A stretch of 60,393 bases of DNA, filler included. It is 5 parts of 5 records of this genome, joined end to end, with 100 filler letters (N's around TTAATTAATTAA, not from the genome) between each part and the next. Parts side by side here need not be neighbours in the genome. Positions count along the whole stretch, not along the records: positions 48,654 to 60,393 come from SRR20825019_1510; 4 more parts are not named here. One strand, given 5' to 3'. A model generated the notes under the pieces. It saw only the letters and a list, made by a program, of their open reading frames with translations. It was not told where the DNA came from and searched no databases. Shown piece by piece: positions 51,701-60,393 of the stretch (position 1 is the stretch's first letter; each line of letters begins with the position of its first letter). The translations under genes and the position numbers were made by a program.

Positions 51701-52857
51701 GCATCAGCGGCCTGCTTCTCCTTGACAAGCTCACCATGCTCCCTCTTTGCAGTACCAACGGCAGCCTTCCTCTCAGCACACCTGGCTGTGATCTCCTCCC
51801 GCTTGTCCATGTGTTGAGCAATCTCGGCCTCTATGGTGGCGATCTCAGCCTTGATGGCGTTGACCTTGGCGCGGGGTCCCTCAAGTTCAGCCTCAAGGCC
51901 ACGGAGCTTAAGTTGGCACATGACAGTGATGATGCGTTGAAAATGGGTAAATTTACGAATGTAGCCGTAGGTTGAGTCCTTGGCACCTGAGAGGGCATCA
52001 CGCTCCCCCTGTACGCGCTTTAACGAATCTAGTTGATCTAGCCTGAGGCTCTGGTTCTCCTCGGCAATCTTGGCTGCCTCCTTAATTGTGGTCTCGTATT
52101 TATTCGACCCAATAAGATCATCAAAATACTCTACCAATCCCTCCTCGCCCTCCTTCTCGGCCTTGGGCTTCATAAGCGCAATCTGCTCCACCTCGCCTTG
52201 CAGGATCAGGAAGCGGTTATGATCAAGATCAATACCGTGACCAGTAAGTAGCTCCACAACATCACGTTGGGTGCTCTTCTTGTTGTTGACGAAGTACTGA
52301 GATTGGTTACTACGATAGACCTCCCTGGAGACGGAAAAGTCCGACCCAGGAACCTCCAATCGCTGAGTTGGATCCTTCTTGTCAGCCTCGCTTTCACGAA
52401 CCAGAACGAAATTAACCTGCACAGAGGCATGGTTTAGGTTCGGGAAGGCTGCGGAGCTGTGGATGAGTTCGGAGAGCTTCTCTAGTCGGATCTTCTTGGC
52501 GTTCTTGCCGAATACGAATAACATTGCGTCGATGACGTTAGATTTTCCACTTCCATTTGGGCCGATGGTGGCGGTAAAGGTCTTGTGGAAGGGGCCAATG
52601 GTGTGGATACCAGCATACGACTTAAAGTTATTGACAACGATATCCTTGATAACAAGACGGGTAGTGGTGGTTGTAGAAGTAGCGGCACGGGTAATGTCTT
52701 CGGTGGTCGTACGAGAAGAGGGTGGTGGGTTGATGACCCCAGAGACGTTGGTGGAAGAGGGGGGTGGAAGTAGTAAGTCGTCATCATCGCCATCGCGCTC
52801 GCCATCCTCCGAGCGGTCACGCTTCTGGCCAAGTGGTTGACTTTGTGCTTCCGACAT
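48739..52857 (-). CDS. SMC4: Condensin subunit SMC4
   Basis: NFKSYAG...IGPFHK, GPNGSGKSNVIDAMLFVFG, RFLILQGEVEQI, RPPKKSWK..SNLSGGEKTLSSLAL, DEIDAALDFRNVSIVA; ATG at 52857. Confidence 0.95.
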   Translation of the reverse strand: MSEAQSQPLGQKRDRSEDGERDGDDDDLLLPPPSSTNVSGVINPPPSSRTTTEDITRAATSTTTTTRLVIKDIVVNNFKSYAGIHTIGPFHKTFTATIGPNGSGKSNVIDAMLFVFGKNAKKIRLEKLSELIHSSAAFPNLNHASVQVNFVLVRESEADKKDPTQRLEVPGSDFSVSREVYRSNQSQYFVNNKKSTQRDVVELLTGHGIDLDHNRFLILQGEVEQIALMKPKAEKEGEEGLVEYFDDLIGSNKYETTIKEAAKIAEENQSLRLDQLDSLKRVQGERDALSGAKDSTYGYIRKFTHFQRIITVMCQLKLRGLEAELEGPRAKVNAIKAEIATIEAEIAQHMDKREEITARCAERKAAVGTAKREHGELVKEKQAADARLEEIRAGADENNKLQKKLQDRLRKCQQDLREQNSQIGDAETNISIASGSLEECQSELTRLEPIYEKRTDDLLTEMKPLRQKLGLLKQQIAPYNHAVAAAKLKFEDAQHRANTLSDDHAKRQEALNTLNQEKTETLNRRNGLMETIQSSETSGRDIDAQLAPLQEQIGRLSKQKHQINGQIEAIKYEHREHQNGDKVMSLLSQQSMPKYYGTLRQLGRIADEYDVPAGVASQHWGHHIVQDQETARQAVAFLKTVNERATFLILDDVERNNRAALNRGFKCPPGSQRLFDLIKPTNAKFEIAFYAAVRDTLVCKDMGTARKVSNMGNRHRVVTMDGGIAEKTGVLTGGGGKPQGANLKASHAPADREVTRQRLSELQAELNIAVASERELEEKCSDLARNRVSYNPQDIKRMRMQLSQLEATLQNLERRIRDAEERVAASSASAKELPALERACRAAEIEYEAAEKELLKNSAALKDTERALEMVGGDEYVAMGENIKRNQANVKKQQERLAAAKTQRQKASVTKESKERDISKVEQELEKVKQEADQASKVENENQINIVNELTQKCGGALTNVKGAEQNLREAEEEYAAAQKDVSVLEKRKDDLDRTCREEESQMSDKVEQIDGVKARVASCRDQIIKYAIEFGTSALRSPESLTVGGDIFGRVSSQARLLVPGLKREREENDDDSSSNSDEEHQGHTTTTAAAPTYDDEMIEDDEDFDQEAFSLEVDAADLASYDLTRCTNVAKELRSECDRLKSTIDFTAVASWQQKQSEYLASKARYDDIVSRVMLAEQKLEEVTIQRRELFMASFKIIQRKLKEMYQLLAHGGDADVDLVDSSDPYEGVNFTVRPPKKSWKQVSNLSGGEKTLSSLALVFALHHIRPTPIYVMDEIDAALDFRNVSIVAMYVLEQAQGAQFLIISLRNNMFELAHQLVGINKVNDVTRSLTLNPGMLANLIAKRIKEAKEAKAIKQSQRQLQLQQSSSTQ

Positions 52858-53383
52858 TTCGTTACCTTTCTGAAAGGATATGACTTTCAAAAAATAATGA
52901 ATTCTAAATGGAAAAAAGTTGAAAAGAGGAAAAATAGAAAATGTATTTCTAAACAATAAATAAGCAAGTCAAACATTGGGATGGCGAGGAAGGGAGGGGG
53001 AGTCACATGAGTGGGGATGAGGGGAGACAATGTCTCACAACATTGCTTCTCCCACCACCCCAACATCAGCACCCTCCCCAGCCAAAACCACACATCAAAG
53101 CAAACAGCAATTTTTGACAGACAACAAAAACGGTGTCCATATACAAAAGCATGGCAATCAAAATCAATCTCATGTTTCTTTTTTTCTCGTGCGAGTCAAT
53201 ACGATAATTTTCTTTTTTTGTTGTTCCCCCTATCTGGATGAAGAAAAAGAACTAATGAAGAGAAAAACGATGGTGGTCAACAATATTTTTGTAACCGGCC
53301 AGCTTCGAATCACTCAACATTTTTCATTTTCAACAAACCTACCAGATCTCTCAGCCGGATGACTCTTTTGTTTTTCTTCGATA

Positions 53384-54808
53384 CTATTGCATGAACTCCC
53401 AACGCTGCACGAGGATCTTCTGGACGGCCAAAAGGGCGTGCTTGGAGACCTCGGGATTATCGTGGCTCATGAGGCCCATCAGGCGCTCCTTAACTCCAGC
53501 TAGCTGGGGAAGGGTCAGAATGGAGCGGCCAGATGAGTGGTACCTGACTAGCTCTCCGACGTCGTGGCAGCAGACGGCTAGGGTGAGATCGCTCTGGGTC
53601 TCTTGGATGAGCTCAGCAAGCTTCTCAGCAACCTCGAAGTTGTTCTCCTCGAACTGGGCGACATTCTCCTTCCAGAACTTGGCGGAGGAGTGCACAGGGG
53701 ACCACTCAAGGACACCACTGAGCACCTCACCACGGTACTCACTAAAACTAGTGACGGCATCCATGTTCTGATCTAGGATGGTGGTCAACTCCTCCACGCA
53801 CTCGGCGATATCCGCATCACCAAACTTCTTGCGGGCGAGCTGCCACAGGGTCTTGGAGATACCGATACCGATGAGGTCGGCGTAGAAGTTGGGTCCCTTG
53901 TTGGAGGCAGCATCACCGCGGGCGGTAGCGGATCCGATGAGGTAGATGGAGGCATCGACCCACTCGCTGGAGGCATTGGCGTTGTAGTACTTCTTCTGCG
54001 CGCTGGTGAAGTTCTTGAAGATCTGCAGGCACATGCGGATTACCTTCTCCTTCTGGGCCTTCTGGAGGATCTTGTGGACGGTGGGGATGGCCTGGGCCTT
54101 GTAGAGCTCGGCGAGGCAGCCGTAGTGGTAGGAAACGATCCAGAGGGTGAGGAGGGTATCGTAGCACAGCTGGGTGACGGAGACGAGATCAGTGTTGAGG
54201 CACTCGACGAGAACACGGACGAGGTGCTTGATGAGGCCGGCCTCGCTGACACGGACACGCATATCACGGTTGCGGACGAACTGGGCGAGGGATGCGACGT
54301 GGTACTCGATATCGGCCAGCTTGAGGGTGTTGGTGGAGAGGGACTGCTTCATCATGGCGAGGAAGCGGGAGGCGGCAGCATCACGGGGAGCAGGCATCTT
54401 GCCCTCGGGGGTGTAGCGGGTGACGATGGCGGAGAGGAACATTCCGGGGTGGAAGATGCCGTCGACCTTAGAGTGGGTGTTGGCAATCTCCATGAACTTG
54501 CTAGCGGGGTCGACGGCACCGAAGTCACCAACGGCGAAGGCCTTGCCTAGGGTTGGGGAAATTTGGCAGACATCAGCGGTGAAACGGAGGAGGTATCCTA
54601 CGACGGAGGGGCTGTGAGCGGAGGTGATCAGCTTGAAAAGGGTGGAGGCAATAGTGCCCTCCTTTCCAATTACCATGGTGGCGACGAGGTCCTCGTTAAC
54701 ACGGTTGGAGAACATTTGCTCCATAACACGAATGTTGGCATCGTCAAGGATCTTGAGCTCGCGGACGAGGTTAAGCGCATCGGCGGCGGCGGAGGGTAAG
54801 TGAGACAT
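53384..54808 (-). CDS. V-type proton ATPase subunit H
   Basis: KEKVIRM, SFSEYRGEVLSGVLEWSPVH...FWKEN...FEENNF, AVCCHDVGELVR, ALLAVQKIL. Confidence 0.93.
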   Translation of the reverse strand: MSHLPSAAADALNLVRELKILDDANIRVMEQMFSNRVNEDLVATMVIGKEGTIASTLFKLITSAHSPSVVGYLLRFTADVCQISPTLGKAFAVGDFGAVDPASKFMEIANTHSKVDGIFHPGMFLSAIVTRYTPEGKMPAPRDAAASRFLAMMKQSLSTNTLKLADIEYHVASLAQFVRNRDMRVRVSEAGLIKHLVRVLVECLNTDLVSVTQLCYDTLLTLWIVSYHYGCLAELYKAQAIPTVHKILQKAQKEKVIRMCLQIFKNFTSAQKKYYNANASSEWVDASIYLIGSATARGDAASNKGPNFYADLIGIGISKTLWQLARKKFGDADIAECVEELTTILDQNMDAVTSFSEYRGEVLSGVLEWSPVHSSAKFWKENVAQFEENNFEVAEKLAELIQETQSDLTLAVCCHDVGELVRYHSSGRSILTLPQLAGVKERLMGLMSHDNPEVSKHALLAVQKILVQRWEFMQ

Positions 54809-54834
54809 ACTTAGCTGCGCACGCTAAAACGTTT

Positions 54835-54870
54835 CTGTTGTATTGGAAAGGAGAAGGGGAAAAGAGAGAA
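54835..54870 (-). promoter_or_regulatory. Polypyrimidine tract plus AG, putative trans-splice acceptor
   Basis: TTCTCTCTTTTTCCCCTTCTCCTTTCC-AATACAAC-AG, 26 nt upstream of the V-ATPase H ATG. Confidence 0.6.
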
Positions 54871-54991
54871 TCGGAAATGGTTACACAGATCAAAACATGG
54901 GAACATTTCATCACTTTAAAAAATTGTAAAACGTTAATGTAAAGTTTCCAAATGTTACCTCGTCGATATCAATGTAAAATATTGTATTAGC

Positions 54992-57900
54992 CTACTCGTC
55001 GTCAAAGTTCGTATCCAGCGCGGGTCTGTTAAGATGCCGAATCACACCTGTCCCTGTGCTCATTGAGTTCAGCTCCTCCTGACGTTGCCTTAGCTTCTGC
55101 GCTGCCAATTGTTCCTTCTGCTCTTTGAGTCTCGCAGCCGTGACTGCCTCGGAAGGTGGACGCTTGGAGGATGAGGCAGCTGCAGCTGATGCAGTAGGTG
55201 CGGCAGGATCCACACCCCGCTTCTTGCTAGATGAAGAGGAAGTAGAGTTACCAACACCCCCTCCCCCCGCCTCCCCAAGAATTCCAAACTTGGAGGTAAA
55301 CCCACAGAATAAATACCTCTGATCACTTGGCAGGAAGGAGTTGTTGTACGTGGGTAATGTAGACGCATCTCCATCCCCACCACCCATAACGTCTGAGAAG
55401 GGCTGTTGTTGTTGGGATGATTTAGTTCCGTCCTTCATCAAGTTGTTCTCAAGTGTCTCAAGGGCTTTGAGTTGCTCATTGTAGGTGGCACGGTATTGGG
55501 TGTTTAGTGCCCGTTGTTCCTCTAACTGCCCCTGGACGGACTTTAGATCAAAATACCTCAAATCAGTGGGAGAGGCGAGATCTAAGTGGAAAGGTGGGGC
55601 TGTGTGGTCGGTGACGGCTCGGGGACGGGTAGGGTCCGCATTTGGGGCGTAGAGGGGAGTAGATCTGAGGTTCCGTATCGACGACCAATCGATCCCCACG
55701 AAGAAGGGATGGGATATAATCTCAGGAAACGTCATTCTCTGCTCTCGGCGCCTTAGTAACCCTGATATTAACGATACAGCATTCCTAAGGTTTACCCGCT
55801 CCTGCTTTACCACAATACTGTCGTAAACTGATTGACGCCATTGGGTAAAGGTGGGGCCGTTTTCTGGGGTAAGGGGGCACATGGCGTCGATTTCATCGAG
55901 GGTCATACCCATGGAGCCTTTATCAGTCTTAAGCTGCTCAGCGTAGGCAGACATGTGCTTCGGGCAGCTAGGGTATCGATCGATGTGCTGGAGGACGTCC
56001 TGGTTTAATACATTGGAGTCCTCCTGACCGTTTAGCAGTGATCCCGTCTGACCCACACCTATCTCCTTATCCCCCCTAAAGGGGAATGCTAAGAATTGCT
56101 CAAAGTGGGTAATCTTGTGCTGTACCTTAGCTACCCGATCCGTAGAGAAGGGTACCCTGCCAAATATCATTTCATACAAAATGATGCCGAGGGACCACCA
56201 ATCGCACTCTACACCGTAACCCGCCTTCTTAGCCCCACCACTACCACCTGTTGCCTGATGTTGGCCGTGTTGGGTAGGAGTAGCCGTCTTGGCCTCGATG
56301 ACCTCTGGGGCCATGTATCCAGGCGATCCCACAGCACTGAAGAAGGAGTCCCGTGTGGTGGGATGTGGTGATGCAGTATTGCTACTACCCATGGCCTCTC
56401 CCCATACTTGTCTCTGCCTTCTCTTCTTGAGCTCCTGGTGGGCCTTACGTCGTTTCGCCTCCCTCTCCGAGTTGGTCTCCTTGGTCTTGTTGCTACACCA
56501 CTGATCGGGTGTAAACATGACCCCATCCACCATCACCTCTGGGGAAGCAATAACGACCGTCTTACGCTGCGGGGGAGACTGCTGCTGCTGCTTTTGACCA
56601 GGAGTCGTGGTGTTGTTGGGACCTTCGTCTCCGAGATCATCTTCATCTCGATCCGACAAGGAGTAGAGGGAGGTGCCCTCGGAGGAGCACACAGAGTGTA
56701 GATCATCCTCCTCAGAACTCATACCAACACCACCACCAGCCCCCCGACGCAGTTCTTGCGCTGTCTTGACCTTCTTTGCTAACCCAAAGTCTGTCAGTCG
56801 AACATGGCCATTGATGTCAATCAAGATATTGTCGGGTTTGAGGTCACGATGGGCATATCCGCGTCGATGTAAGCTCTCCACTGCCAACACCATTTCAGCC
56901 ATGTAAAACTGCGCCTCCCCAAAAAACCTGGAAGCGATATCCTCAGCGAAGGTAGCCTCATAGTCCTTAAAGGCCTCATTGGTGGCAGTCACCGCCTTAG
57001 CACGGGCAGCTAGCAACTTGACAGGGGGACATGATGCATTCGCTGAAATCGGGGACGATGTCGTGGATGCATACCCCTGTGCCTTGAGCTCCTCAAACAC
57101 TAGATGGGCAACCTGGACCTTCTTTCGCCACATTAGGGAGGAGACAGCTTTAACAAGGGGACCAGAATATAAGGTGTGAACACTAGTGTTTACCAATGTA
57201 AACACATCCTTGAAAATGAGCCACTGCATGAGATCTCCGCCCGGATAGAACTCCAAAATAAAATAGAGATGCTCAACGTCTTGGAATGTGTAGTAGAGGC
57301 TTACAGCCCAATCACTCAGGTTAAGCTGTGTATTAGGGTTGAAGGATACGGGTAGTGCAGTGACGTGATCAGGGAGTGGCGGTGTTGGTGGTAGGTTAGC
57401 TGATGACGATCCAGTCGGCATTGTAGAAGAGGAGGATGGGGATGACTCCCTTTTCCAGTAGGCTAGACGATGGTCCAACATTTGTTGGTACTCAACCTTA
57501 GAATACTCGAGAGATACTTGCCCTGCTTCATTGTGCCGCTGTGCAGCACTTTTCATAAGGTTACCCCCCTGACCACCATAAATACTATTTCCCTTTGATT
57601 GTTGGGAATCTACTAGGATATCCCTCTCGGCTCGGACATTCATTACCTGCTTACGGCACAACATAACGGTCTTTTTTAATTTCTTCATGGCGACGAGGGA
57701 GTGTAAAGGGTCTTCCTTTAGGGTACATAGATACACCTCTCCAAACGCACCACATCCAATCAACTTTATAATATTAAAGTCGTTCTCGGCGCTCATTTTC
57801 CTTACTCTGGGACGACTATGGTCCTGAACGAACTTGCATGCAGAGTTGGAGGGGTTACCGCAATTGTCATCACCATCAGCCATCATCGCCCCACTCTTTT

Positions 57901-58417
57901 TGGAGGTTGGGGAGGTGTGGTCCATGCGGGCGTATTCGTGTAGGTACCCTTGGTAATACTTACTGGTAAAGTCCTGAGCAATAGTAACCTTGGTCTGTGT
58001 CCTTAGAGAGGTGGGCTGCTGCTGCTGCTGCTGGAGTTGGTTGTGGGCTTGGTTTTGATGGTGTTGTTGTTGTTGTTGCTGGAGGGGGAGTGCGGGGGGA
58101 GGTAGTCGAGACTGCTGGGCAGTAGCAGGTGCCTGTTGCCCTCCTCGAGTTGCGTTTTGAAGCTGGCTCGGGATAGGGGTAACACTAGCGGATGTGATAG
58201 GTGTGGCCCTTAAAGAGTTGTGTGTAACGAGAGTTGTGTCTAAATTGGTAGAGCCACTACTACCACCACCAGCCTGAGGGTTGCCACCACCATGATGATT
58301 GCCATCGTCATTGTCGGACTCGATATCGCTTGTCGAGCATACTCGGTTATGCTGTGGATTGGGGGCTGTGGATGTAGTAGGAGGGGCATCCTTCCCTTGT
58401 CCAGATAACCACCACAT
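54992..58417 (-). CDS. AGC-group Ser/Thr kinase, NDR/LATS-like, with large insertions
   Basis: [76 protein letters not shown]. Confidence 0.9.
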   Translation of the reverse strand: MWWLSGQGKDAPPTTSTAPNPQHNRVCSTSDIESDNDDGNHHGGGNPQAGGGSSGSTNLDTTLVTHNSLRATPITSASVTPIPSQLQNATRGGQQAPATAQQSRLPPPALPLQQQQQQHHQNQAHNQLQQQQQQPTSLRTQTKVTIAQDFTSKYYQGYLHEYARMDHTSPTSKKSGAMMADGDDNCGNPSNSACKFVQDHSRPRVRKMSAENDFNIIKLIGCGAFGEVYLCTLKEDPLHSLVAMKKLKKTVMLCRKQVMNVRAERDILVDSQQSKGNSIYGGQGGNLMKSAAQRHNEAGQVSLEYSKVEYQQMLDHRLAYWKRESSPSSSSTMPTGSSSANLPPTPPLPDHVTALPVSFNPNTQLNLSDWAVSLYYTFQDVEHLYFILEFYPGGDLMQWLIFKDVFTLVNTSVHTLYSGPLVKAVSSLMWRKKVQVAHLVFEELKAQGYASTTSSPISANASCPPVKLLAARAKAVTATNEAFKDYEATFAEDIASRFFGEAQFYMAEMVLAVESLHRRGYAHRDLKPDNILIDINGHVRLTDFGLAKKVKTAQELRRGAGGGVGMSSEEDDLHSVCSSEGTSLYSLSDRDEDDLGDEGPNNTTTPGQKQQQQSPPQRKTVVIASPEVMVDGVMFTPDQWCSNKTKETNSEREAKRRKAHQELKKRRQRQVWGEAMGSSNTASPHPTTRDSFFSAVGSPGYMAPEVIEAKTATPTQHGQHQATGGSGGAKKAGYGVECDWWSLGIILYEMIFGRVPFSTDRVAKVQHKITHFEQFLAFPFRGDKEIGVGQTGSLLNGQEDSNVLNQDVLQHIDRYPSCPKHMSAYAEQLKTDKGSMGMTLDEIDAMCPLTPENGPTFTQWRQSVYDSIVVKQERVNLRNAVSLISGLLRRREQRMTFPEIISHPFFVGIDWSSIRNLRSTPLYAPNADPTRPRAVTDHTAPPFHLDLASPTDLRYFDLKSVQGQLEEQRALNTQYRATYNEQLKALETLENNLMKDGTKSSQQQQPFSDVMGGGDGDASTLPTYNNSFLPSDQRYLFCGFTSKFGILGEAGGGGVGNSTSSSSSKKRGVDPAAPTASAAAASSSKRPPSEAVTAARLKEQKEQLAAQKLRQRQEELNSMSTGTGVIRHLNRPALDTNFDDE
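58015..58081 (-). repeat. (CAG)n/(CAA)n microsatellites encoding poly-Gln
   Basis: GCTGCTGCTG... and TTGTTGTTG... runs on the + strand within the kinase N-terminus. Confidence 0.8.
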
Positions 58418-59881
58418 TTTTACTAGTATTTAATGATGAGAGTGGGGTGTTCACTGTAATAGTATGATAGTGTTTTGTGTCTTAGGAGATTGGTATGAAA
58501 GAAAAGGAGAAGTAGAGAAAAGTCGACGTGTAAGAATACACAAATAACCACGATGCAAATCAACATGCCAAAAGGCAAAACAAACCAAATGTTGTGTTGC
58601 CTTAAGTAAAAACGTCCTGAATTTCGTGTAGCAAATATGTGGGATGGATTTGTGTGTGAGTGTGTACAGTAGTAGTTGTGGGTGTGAGTTTTGTACGATG
58701 TTAAATAGCAATGGGGGAGAAGGAAGGATGGAAGAATGAATACGTTACAGGTTTTTTGTCGACCCGCGCTGTATTCTCATCCCCTTCTTTCTTTTCTTTT
58801 CTTCCGTGATACTCATCAGGTAGGTGTGTAGTCACGCGTTTTACAAGCCACTAAAGGACAATTGGGTGTTGTAGTTGTTGTTGTTGGGTGCTAGTGTGAT
58901 TAGGATATCTATACAGTGATAGGTGTATGTGTACGAATCCAAATCACATGGAACTAGAGTTGTGATGTGTGTGTTGTGTAGATGATGTTGGGGTTTAATT
59001 GTTGTTGTTTTTAGTAGTGGTTGTTGTTGGTATGTTTACCCCCCTCCTTACCGTTGTAGTCAGCAATAGGCAGGTATGTGTGTGGTGTATGGGTAGCTGG
59101 AAATAAAACAGGCGGTGTGGGGGGCTTTCTGTGGGTGTTGATTATCTTTGTAGATCTCTCTTTATCTGACTCCTCATCTAATCTGTTGTAAAAGTAAAAA
59201 ATGGCTACAAGGTATCAAGGAGGAGGGTACAGTAGTGATGTAGTGAAGGGGGCATGTATGTAGTAATACTGCTATATCCCCGTCTCATATATACTCTCCC
59301 TCTCTCGACAATCAATGCAACCAAGTGTGATAGGGTGCGTTTGAAACACCATCATTGGAAGGGTAGGGCTGTTGTTTTTGAAGAAAAACGTACAAATAAA
59401 TGTGTGATTTGGCTTGAATGAAAAGAATGAAAAGGATGGAGCCGTTTCTTGCAACACCCTTCCTCTTCTTTCAACCTTACCAGTGTGTTTTTTTTAAAGT
59501 AGTTAAAATTACGATAATACGAGAGTATGAGGCGTGATAGCTGTCTTGGGAATCACACACATCTATCTTTCAAATTTGGTTGTGGTGGTGTATTTATTAA
59601 AGTTGGGGATGATGTGTGTATGAGGTGGTGTTGTTGTTGTAGTTGTGGGGTTTCGGGGTTGGTGTTGTGCTGGTGGAAGTGTTAAGTGCGGAGTGGGCTG
59701 GTAGTACTCTTTCCTCATTTGCGAGGTGCTGGCCTGTCTTTCTGGTCGCCCAATCCTCACCGAATACTCCTCTCACCATGTCCTTCCTTTTTAGTTACCC
59801 CCATCTCATTATCCTCCATTGTCAGGTATCATATCCCCCCTCCTCTCGTAGGTATTGGGGCGCACGTACGTATGCACCCTG

Positions 59882-60391
59882 TTAGTCCTGCTTGACCTTT
59901 CTCTGGGTAGAGGTGCGGGCGGCCTTCGCGGCCTTCTTGTTCTTGATGAGGAAGTTTCCGAACAGCATCAACATGGTGATCATATACCAGAAGTTGATGT
60001 GCATGGGGAGGGGTGGGTACTGCTTGGTGGCGTTGGCATACCGGGGTTGGCCATTTCCTACGCCGAGGAGATCCCACCAGAAGCCCTTGGGGGAAGAAGC
60101 AGCAGCGCCGGTGATGGCGGATACAAGGACGGAGCCAATACGAACATACTCTCCGAAGAAGGTAGTAAGGGACATGGTACCAGCAGTAAGGACCAACACG
60201 TAGATGGTCTGGATGAAGTTGAGAAGGAACTGCAGGAGCTGGCCGTATGTGATGACGAACTTGTTACGCTGGAGGAATCCTCGTACCCAGCTGCCCTTGG
60301 GGAACATGAGGTTAAGGAGGTAGTAGAGGTACATGACGACGTGGATACCGCTGTTGACGGATGCGGCCCAGTAAGTATCTCCTCCAGGGGC
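59882..60391 (-). CDS. GNS1/SUR4 (ELO) fatty acid elongase, 5'-partial, PUFA-elongase-like
   Basis: APGGDTYW..SVNSGIHVVMYLYY, TYGQLLQF, YMITMLMLFGNF, basic tail; frame open to the window end. Confidence 0.88.
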   Translation of the reverse strand, partial: APGGDTYWAASVNSGIHVVMYLYYLLNLMFPKGSWVRGFLQRNKFVITYGQLLQFLLNFIQTIYVLVLTAGTMSLTTFFGEYVRIGSVLVSAITGAAASSPKGFWWDLLGVGNGQPRYANATKQYPPLPMHINFWYMITMLMLFGNFLIKNKKAAKAARTSTQRKVKQD

Positions 60392-60393
60392 GA

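Noticed and set aside
53391-54799. Antisense ORFs over V-ATPase H (and similarly over SMC4 and the kinase)
   Set aside because: Explained by strong codon bias of the sense gene suppressing antisense stops
57000-57600. Inteins in the kinase
   Set aside because: No C/S-start with HN-C/S/T end and no LAGLIDADG motifs in the inserts
58420-59880. ncRNA or coding gene in the long eukaryotic intergenic region
   Set aside because: Only GT/CA-rich low-complexity UTR-like sequence; short ORFs lack coding character

Overview
This window is not one locus. It is five unrelated contigs joined by artificial 100-nt spacers (N44-TTAATTAATTAA-N44). Contigs 1 (1-13650) and 2 (13751-26369) are AT-rich Flavobacteriaceae-type housekeeping regions: two DUF368 genes, aroE, DUF349, mazG, zapB-zapA-6S RNA-rny, an M23 peptidase, a TonB receptor and tRNA-Val in contig 1; fasciclins, pheT, an MFS transporter, M48, TrmH, a NUMOD4-HNH gene and pepD in contig 2. 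Contigs 3 (26470-32831) and 5 (48654-60393) are eukaryotic. They hold intron-less, co-oriented genes with polypyrimidine-AG signals, most consistent with a kinetoplastid protist: a PSP1 protein, a Vma12-like protein, SMC4, V-ATPase H, an NDR kinase and a fatty acid elongase. Contig 4 (32932-48553) is the most interesting. It is a Bacteroidota ECF sigma/FecR/SusC/SusD locus with no recognisable CAZyme. Instead it encodes a secreted YhcH/NanQ-like protein, three tandem signal-peptide-bearing RraA/HMG-aldolase paralogs, an NTF2-like lipoprotein, a BASS symporter and kdgK-eda. It is flanked by a truncated ssb and a long hairpin element that suggest mobile-element carriage. All family calls come from motif recognition by eye; no searches were run.
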